This document shows, in pieces, positions 57,623 through 64,000 of a DNA stretch of 64,000 nt. Under the pieces are notes generated by a model. The model saw only the letters and a program-made list of their open reading frames with translations. It was not told the origin of the DNA and did not search any database. Each line of letters opens with the position of its first letter. The stretch's first letter is position 1. Source of the stretch: an uncultured virus (IMG/VR IMGVR_UViG_2850711898_000002) (taxonomy: Duplodnaviria; Heunggongvirae; Uroviricota; Caudoviricetes); the IMG/VR virus record IMGVR_UViG_2850711898_000002, one strand, 5' to 3'. Made by a program: the position numbers and the translations under genes.

Positions 57623-59743
57623 ATGTTTGCATCAGCTAAAGATATTAGGCGAGATATTGCAAATCTACTTAAACCGCCTCGCCGAATGAAAGTATCGGAA
57701 GCCGTAGCGGAATATATGCGCGTGCCAGTTGGTGGGGGTAACTCTGTTAAATGGGATAAAGATACTGCTGCATATATGTTAGATCCGATGGACTGCCTAA
57801 ACTCTCGTGAGTATGACGCAGTTATTTTTGTTGGGCCAGCTCGTACTGGTAAAACAATCGGATTGATTGATGGCTGGATAACCTATGCGATTATTTGCGA
57901 TCCGTCAGATTTCCTCTTGGTGCAACTTACACAAGAGAAAGCCAGTGAGCATAGTCGTAAACGTTTAGACCGCACTTTTAGATGCTCGCCTGAGATTGCA
58001 AAAAGATTAAGCCCGCGTAAAAACGATAACAATGTCCACGATAAATATTTTAGGGCAGGTAATTTATTAAAAATTGGCTGGCCGTCTATTAATGTGCTGT
58101 CATCATCCGATTACAAGTACGTTGCATTAACCGATTACGACCGCTGGCCCGATGATGTGGACGGCGAGGGTGACGGATTTAGTTTAGCGTCCAAACGGAC
58201 GACTACATTTATGAGTGCCGGTATGACACTTGTAGAGAGTTCGCCAGGAAAGGATATTGTTGATATAAAACATCATCCAAAAACTACTCACGAGGCACCG
58301 CCAACAACAGGTATTTTGTCACTATATAACCGTGGCGATAGACGCAGATTCTATTGGCAATGTCCACATTGTAAAGAATGGTTTGAGCCATCAATGGCAA
58401 ATATGGTCGGCTATCGAGATGATACTGATTATGTTAAGGCAAGCGAAAACGCTCGTTTACAATGCCCGCATTGTCAATCTCTCGTAGATCCTGACAAGAA
58501 ACGCGCATTAAACATTGGCGGCAAATGGCTAAAAGAAGGGCAAACGATAGATAAAGACGGTGTAATCCATGGCGAGGGAAGAAACTCTCGTATTGCATCA
58601 TTTTGGCTGGAAGGCCCTGCCGCCGCTTATCAAACATGGGCGCAATTAACTTATAAATTACTCACTGCTGAACATGAATTTGAAATGACTGGCAGTGAAG
58701 AAACGCTAAAGGCAGTAACAAATACAGACTGGGGATTGCCTTATTTGCCACGCTCCGCACTTGAGCAACGCCGAAGTGATGAATTAATGGAGCGGCGAGA
58801 AGATACAGAAAAAAGAACGGTACCTTATGGGTGCCGTTTTTTATTGGCTGCAGTTGATGTACAGGGTGGGCGGAATCGCCGTTTTGTCGTCCAAATTGTT
58901 GGATATGGTGAAAACAGCGAACGGTGGCTCATTGATAGATACAACATTAAATCATCAATGCGGAGCAATTCCGATGGAGAAAGTCTCCCGATTGATCCGT
59001 CCGCCTACCCTGAGGATTGGGATTTACTCATTAGTGATGTACTCAATAAGCAATATTGTATTGAGGGATTAGACGGCGGATTCATGCCAATCCTTGCAAT
59101 GGCGGTGGATAGTGGCGGTGAGGACGGTGTAACAGATAACGCCTATAAGTTTTGGCGCAGATGTAAGCGTGATGGCATATCAAAACGAGTGTATCTCGTT
59201 AAAGGTGATAGTACCAAACGCCAAAAACTGATTTCTCGAACTTATCCTGATAACACCTCACGGTCAGATCGTCATGCTAAAGCACGAGGTGATGTGCCGC
59301 TATACCTACTTCAAACAGACCAACTCAAAGATCGCATTAGTAACGCACTAAGCCGTGAGACTATCGGGGCTAACTATATCCATTTTCCGTCGTGGCTTGG
59401 CGAATGGTTTTTTGATGAATTGACCTATGAGGAGCGAGGACAAGACGGTAAGTGGCGCAAACCAGGCAAAGGTAACAATGAAGCATTTGACTTATTTTGC
59501 TATGCCCATGCGATCGCTATTTTGCGTGGTTATGAGCGTATTAAGTGGGGCGATGAGGACAATGTCCCATACTGGGCGAAATTGCCAAGTGTAAACCCTA
59601 ACGTGATCCGCAAAGAATCATCCGCACCAGAAGAAGCTGAAAGTGCGGTAGAAATTGAACAAGTAAAACCGCAACCGAAACCCAAACCAAAAAGTAATTG
59701 GTTAAACGGTGGCGCAAGCAAGAAAAAAGGTGGGTGGCTGTGA
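57623..59743 (+). CDS. terminase large subunit (lambda gpA family)
   Basis: GPARTGKT, CPHC zinc motifs, AVDVQ, NEAFDL. Confidence 0.95.
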   Translation: MFASAKDIRRDIANLLKPPRRMKVSEAVAEYMRVPVGGGNSVKWDKDTAAYMLDPMDCLNSREYDAVIFVGPARTGKTIGLIDGWITYAIICDPSDFLLVQLTQEKASEHSRKRLDRTFRCSPEIAKRLSPRKNDNNVHDKYFRAGNLLKIGWPSINVLSSSDYKYVALTDYDRWPDDVDGEGDGFSLASKRTTTFMSAGMTLVESSPGKDIVDIKHHPKTTHEAPPTTGILSLYNRGDRRRFYWQCPHCKEWFEPSMANMVGYRDDTDYVKASENARLQCPHCQSLVDPDKKRALNIGGKWLKEGQTIDKDGVIHGEGRNSRIASFWLEGPAAAYQTWAQLTYKLLTAEHEFEMTGSEETLKAVTNTDWGLPYLPRSALEQRRSDELMERREDTEKRTVPYGCRFLLAAVDVQGGRNRRFVVQIVGYGENSERWLIDRYNIKSSMRSNSDGESLPIDPSAYPEDWDLLISDVLNKQYCIEGLDGGFMPILAMAVDSGGEDGVTDNAYKFWRRCKRDGISKRVYLVKGDSTKRQKLISRTYPDNTSRSDRHAKARGDVPLYLLQTDQLKDRISNALSRETIGANYIHFPSWLGEWFFDELTYEERGQDGKWRKPGKGNNEAFDLFCYAHAIAILRGYERIKWGDEDNVPYWAKLPSVNPNVIRKESSAPEEAESAVEIEQVKPQPKPKPKSNWLNGGASKKKGGWL

Positions 59744-59958
59744 TTTACGACAAAGACGAGCTTGAAGAAAAAATCCGAGCTCTTGATGAAAAGATCGAAA
59801 ACGCCCAAAGCCAAGTTAGTTTTAATGGGCGATCGGTATCTTACCAAGTGTCCGAATGGACAAAACAACGTGACCGCTATCAACAAATGCTTAATGAGTT
59901 ATTAGCGGAAACAAGACAGCGCGTTAAACGCCACAGAATCAAATATGCGAGATTTTAA
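59740..59958 (+). CDS. head-tail joining protein (gpW-like)
   Basis: QVSFNGRSVSY, GTGA overlap with terL. Confidence 0.7.
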   Translation: MIYDKDELEEKIRALDEKIENAQSQVSFNGRSVSYQVSEWTKQRDRYQQMLNELLAETRQRVKRHRIKYARF

Positions 59959-59961
59959 ACG

Positions 59962-61485
59962 ATGGGAATATTAGATAAAACAATTGCCGCAATCTCGCCT
60001 AAATGGGGCGCACAGCGAGCAAAAAGCCGATATGTGATGAATGCATACGAGGCAGCAATGCCAAGCCGTACACATAAGGCAAAACGCGAAAGCCAAGGCG
60101 CTAACGTATCAACCAAACAAAGTGCGGTCAGTTTGCGAGAACAGGCTCGGGCATTAGATCAAAATCACGATATTGTGATCGGGATTTTGGACAAGATGGA
60201 AGAACGTGTTATTGGCTCACGAGGTATCCACATTGAGCCACAGCCGATGAATTTAAACGGTGATGTGAATGAAACCTTAGCTGAACAGATTCGCAAAAAA
60301 TGGGCAGAATGGTCTATTCGTCCTGAAGTGACAGGGCAGTTTACTCGCCCTGAACTTGAGCGGATGTTGTTACGCACGTGGCTCCGTGATGGGGAAGTTT
60401 TTATCCAACTTGTGCGAGGCAGTGTAGCAGGTCTCAATCACAGCACCAAAATCGCATTTAGCCTTGAGGCATTAGAGCCTGATTTTGTGCCGATGAATAC
60501 CCTTGATACGGCAAATTTAATTCAATGGGTAGAGCTTGACGCATGGCGCCGTCCTGTGTCTTACCGTGTTTACATGGACAACCCCCAAGAAAACAATCGC
60601 ACTTACGGGCGAGTTAAATCGGTGCCGGCAGAAAATATGTTGCACCTTGCGTTTAAAAAACGCTTGCACCAGTTGCGTGGCGTATCGATGTTGCACGGTG
60701 TAATTATCCGACTTGCTGACCTTAAAGATTATGAGGAAAGCGAGCGTGTGGCCGCACGAATTGCCGCCGCCTTTACGATGTACATCAAAAAAGGTGATGC
60801 CGCAATCTACGGAGATAATGAGGATTACAGCGCAGACAGTCCGGAGCGAGATTTTGAGATTGCTCCCGGTGCAATCATTGATGATTTAAAACCCGGTGAG
60901 GACATCGGGTTAATCAATTCTAATCGCCCAAATGTGAACTTAGAAACCTTTAGAAACGGACAATTAAGAGCAACGGCGGCGGGGACTCGTTCAAGTTACT
61001 CAAGCATTGCTCGTGACTATAACGGGACTTACTCAAGCCAGCGCCAAGAGTTGGTGGAGAGCTTTGAGGGTTACTCCGTTTTACAAGATACCTTTGTTGC
61101 GCACATCTCACGCCCGATATACAGAGAATGGCTAAAAATGGCGATTGTCAGCGGTGAAATTGATGTGCCAGTCGATATTGATCCTGCATCACTTTATAAC
61201 GCTGTTTATAGTGGCCCAGTGATGCCGTGGATAGACCCGACAAAAGAGGCGCAAGCGTGGAAAGAGCGCATCAAAGGTGGATTAGCGACCGAAAGCCAAG
61301 CAGTACGAGCAAGCGGCAGCAACCCGGCAGAAGTTAAACGCAGACGTAGAGTTGAGGTTGAGGAAAACCGCAAATTTGGTCTCAAGTTTGACACTGATTT
61401 AACTAACACAGGTACGACAAATGACAAAACAAAAAATGATTCTGTCGCCGGTGGCGATGGCAACGAGCGCAACAAAGACGAATAA
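59962..61485 (+). CDS. portal protein, lambda family
   Basis: LREQARAL, QLRGVS, YSSQRQ, WIDPTKEA. Confidence 0.95.
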   Translation: MGILDKTIAAISPKWGAQRAKSRYVMNAYEAAMPSRTHKAKRESQGANVSTKQSAVSLREQARALDQNHDIVIGILDKMEERVIGSRGIHIEPQPMNLNGDVNETLAEQIRKKWAEWSIRPEVTGQFTRPELERMLLRTWLRDGEVFIQLVRGSVAGLNHSTKIAFSLEALEPDFVPMNTLDTANLIQWVELDAWRRPVSYRVYMDNPQENNRTYGRVKSVPAENMLHLAFKKRLHQLRGVSMLHGVIIRLADLKDYEESERVAARIAAAFTMYIKKGDAAIYGDNEDYSADSPERDFEIAPGAIIDDLKPGEDIGLINSNRPNVNLETFRNGQLRATAAGTRSSYSSIARDYNGTYSSQRQELVESFEGYSVLQDTFVAHISRPIYREWLKMAIVSGEIDVPVDIDPASLYNAVYSGPVMPWIDPTKEAQAWKERIKGGLATESQAVRASGSNPAEVKRRRRVEVEENRKFGLKFDTDLTNTGTTNDKTKNDSVAGGDGNERNKDE

Positions 61486-63463
61486 CCAGTCTTGGTACTC
61501 AATCAAAGCCAAAGCCAACGATACGGCAGAGATCTCAATTTACGATGAGATCGGATTTTGGGGCGTATCTGCTGCGAGCTTTGCGCAGGATTTAAAAGAC
61601 TGCGGAAACAACATTAAGCAGATTAACCTACACATCCACTCACCAGGTGGTGATGTTTTTGATGGGATTGCGATTTACAACTTGCTAAAAAATCACCCTG
61701 CAAAGGTGACAGTTTACATTGACGGCTTGGCGGCAAGTATGGCGAGCGTTATTGCGATGGCGGGCAATGAGGTAATCATGCCGGAAAATGCAATGATGAT
61801 GATCCACAAGCCTTGGGGCATCCAAGGTGGCGATGCTGAGGATATGCGCAAATATGCCGACTTATTAGACAAGGTCGAAAATACGCTAATCCCAGCTTAT
61901 GCAAGCAAAACAGGAAAAACACCTGAAGAATTAGCAGAAATGCTATCAGCAGAAACTTGGCTCAACGGAAAAGAATGTGTTGAACAAGGATTTGCAGACA
62001 AACTAGCCGAACCACTTGTGGCGATGGCGTCTATTAAATCAAGAAAATTAGAGGACTTTGAAAATATGCCAAAAGCAATGAAAGACATGTTGTTTAAGCC
62101 ACAAGGCAACGCTGGCGCATCCGCACCACAAGCAACACCAACTCCTGCACAACCAGCACCAACTGAACCGGTAAATCAAGCGCCGACAGCTCCGGTAGAT
62201 AACACCGCACAAGTGCAGGCTGAATTAAATAAACGTAACGCCGACATTAAAGCGGTATTTGCACCGTTTGGTACTACGCACAATGATTTGTTAGTGGAGT
62301 GTTTAGGTGATTTATCAATTACCGCAGATCAAGCCAAAGACAAATTATTAGCAAAACTTGGTGCAGGCACAACCCCAAGTGCAGCAGTAACGCCTTATGC
62401 CGATAACGGTAACATTGTTGGTGATAGCGTGAAACAATCCTTATTGGCTCGTGCAGGTATCGACAAAGACAAAGTAAATGCTAAAGACAACGCCTACAAT
62501 GCGATGACATTGCGTGAGCTTGCTCGTGCATCATTGGTTGATCGAGGTATTAGTGTATCGGGTCAAAATGCAATGAGCATGGTTGGTTTGGCATTTACTC
62601 ACTCAAGCTCTGACTTTGGTCAGATCTTAATTGATGTAGCGCACAAATCCTTGCTTAAAGGTTGGGAAACCGCAGCGGAAAACTTTGATCAGTTTACATC
62701 TCGTGGCACATTAACCGACTTCCGCGCGGCGAAACGTGTTGGATTAGGTGACTTTGGTTACTTACCGCAAGTTGGTGAGGGTGAGGAGTACACCTACGGC
62801 ACAATCGGCGATGAGGGCGCTAGCGTTGCATTAGCGACTTACGGGCAATTATTTAGTATTACCCGTCAAGCAATCATCAATGACGATATGCACTTGTTGA
62901 CAAAAATTCCTGAAAAAATGGGACAAGCGGCACGTGCAACCATCGCTAAATTAGTGTTTGCGTTATTAACTGGTAACGCGATTGCACAAGATGGCAAAAA
63001 ATTATTTGATGGCTCGCACAAAAACTCATTTGATAATGCTGCATTAGATGTGGCCAATATTGATAAAGCAATTCAAATGATGAATGGCTTTGTCAATACT
63101 CGTGGTGAACCATTAGCGATTGAGCCTGATTTTATGTTGTTACCAACCTCACTTTATACTCGTGCTAAACAAGTTCTAGGTTCAGCAAGTGTGGAGGGGG
63201 CTGATATCAATTCTGGCATTATCAATCCAATCCGCGACATTGTGCCGACAGTTAAATCCGCACGTTTACAAGTCGCCAATCCAAAATCTTGGTACTTAAT
63301 CAACAAAGAGGCTATTGAAGTTTCTTACCTTGACGGCATTGATACGCCATACATGGAGCAACAACAAGGCTTCACTGTTGATGGTGTATCTACTAAGGTG
63401 CGCATTGATGCAGGTGTTAACGTGATTGATTACCGAGGCGTTGTAAAAGTTACCAATAAGTAA
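61421..63463 (+). CDS. ClpP-like protease / major capsid fusion
   Basis: IHSPGGDVFDG, GLAASMAS, MMIHKP; capsid FTHSSSDF, TYGQLFSITRQAIINDD. Confidence 0.95.
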   Translation: MTKQKMILSPVAMATSATKTNNQSWYSIKAKANDTAEISIYDEIGFWGVSAASFAQDLKDCGNNIKQINLHIHSPGGDVFDGIAIYNLLKNHPAKVTVYIDGLAASMASVIAMAGNEVIMPENAMMMIHKPWGIQGGDAEDMRKYADLLDKVENTLIPAYASKTGKTPEELAEMLSAETWLNGKECVEQGFADKLAEPLVAMASIKSRKLEDFENMPKAMKDMLFKPQGNAGASAPQATPTPAQPAPTEPVNQAPTAPVDNTAQVQAELNKRNADIKAVFAPFGTTHNDLLVECLGDLSITADQAKDKLLAKLGAGTTPSAAVTPYADNGNIVGDSVKQSLLARAGIDKDKVNAKDNAYNAMTLRELARASLVDRGISVSGQNAMSMVGLAFTHSSSDFGQILIDVAHKSLLKGWETAAENFDQFTSRGTLTDFRAAKRVGLGDFGYLPQVGEGEEYTYGTIGDEGASVALATYGQLFSITRQAIINDDMHLLTKIPEKMGQAARATIAKLVFALLTGNAIAQDGKKLFDGSHKNSFDNAALDVANIDKAIQMMNGFVNTRGEPLAIEPDFMLLPTSLYTRAKQVLGSASVEGADINSGIINPIRDIVPTVKSARLQVANPKSWYLINKEAIEVSYLDGIDTPYMEQQQGFTVDGVSTKVRIDAGVNVIDYRGVVKVTNK

Positions 63464-63484
63464 CTTAACATCCCATAAATAACG

Positions 63485-63515
63485 ACCGCACTTTTAATCG
63501 AAGTGCGGTTTTTTA
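63485..63515 (+). terminator. terminator formed by inverted uptake sequences
   Basis: ACCGCACTT...AAGTGCGGT-TTTT. Confidence 0.8.
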
Positions 63516-63541
63516 TTATCACAATTAAAGGATCATTAAAT

Positions 63542-63865
63542 ATGTCTAAAAATTACTTACAAGACGGAAACACCGTGCGTTTCACTTCTACTGCGGCAGT
63601 AAAAAGTGGCGATGTGGTGATGTTAGAAAATCTTGCTGTAATCGCAGTATCTCACGTTGCACAAAATGAAACAGGCGTTGGCTTAACCACTGGTGTTTTC
63701 ACGGTGAAAGCAAAAGCGGAAGATGACATTAAACAAGGTGCAATTGTTTACTGGTCAGCAACCGATGGTGCAACCATTACCGCAGGTAGTAACAAGCGTT
63801 TAGGTATTGCTTGGCATGCTAGTGGCGTATCGATGGGCACTGTAGATGTCAAGATCAACACTTAG
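63542..63865 (+). CDS. DUF2190-type capsid-associated protein
   Basis: MSKNYLQDG, VKSGDVV, GVFTV. Confidence 0.8.
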   Translation: MSKNYLQDGNTVRFTSTAAVKSGDVVMLENLAVIAVSHVAQNETGVGLTTGVFTVKAKAEDDIKQGAIVYWSATDGATITAGSNKRLGIAWHASGVSMGTVDVKINT

Positions 63866-64000
63866 TCCGTTTGATGACGCACTCGCACAGGCGGACAAAG
63901 TCATATCAGATGTGATGATGTCCGTCTATGTTATCAACGGCAAAAAATACAAAGCTGTGCTTGATGAAAGCCCAAAACTAATGAGTGGCAATTACACCGA
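63846..64000 (+). CDS. head-tail adaptor-like protein (partial)
   Basis: MSRSTLSPFDDALAQADKVISDVMM open to window end. Confidence 0.55.
   Translation, partial: MSRSTLSPFDDALAQADKVISDVMMSVYVINGKKYKAVLDESPKLMSGNYT

Larger units (their letters stand above)
36806..64000. mobile_element. lambdoid prophage (prophage 2), continues beyond the window
   Basis: int-xis, exo-ssb, cI/cro/cII, O/P, nin, Q, lysis, terminase, portal, ClpP-capsid in lambda order. Confidence 0.95.

Noticed and set aside
60524..60532. Portal QWVE possibly a damaging Gly-to-Trp change
   Set aside because: Cannot be judged without an alignment to close homologues.
1471..63509. Scattered AAGTGCGGT repeats as a novel element
   Set aside because: Known Haemophilus DNA uptake signal sequence.

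Overview
Haemophilus (most likely H. influenzae) chromosomal window, judged from dnaB-pykA-tRNA-Val(GAC) and many AAGTGCGGT uptake sequences. Two prophages sit in tandem at the tRNA 3' end. Prophage 1 (~3274-36805, 33.5 kb) is bounded by a 14-bp AGCTAGTCGCACCA duplication and is an apparently complete P2-like phage. It has a lambda-type cI/cro switch, a cI-WYL/BRCT-Excalibur operon, a relocated tape-measure gene, and what looks like a captured Mu-like right end carrying com, a Com-type RNA site and a Hia5/Hin1523-like non-specific adenine methyltransferase. Prophage 2 (from ~36806, running off the window) is lambdoid. It carries a cytosine methyltransferase-like gene switched OFF by an (AGTC)15 tract, an unannotated Ibs/Sib-like type I toxin-antitoxin linked to a ribbon-helix-helix gene, a BstA-like defence gene, two c4-like antisense-controlled antirepressors sharing an identical 85-aa C-terminus, and signs of decay (amber in the integrase, altered cI cleavage site, frameshifted HsdR_N-like gene). 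All family assignments are from motif recognition and recall; no database searches were run.
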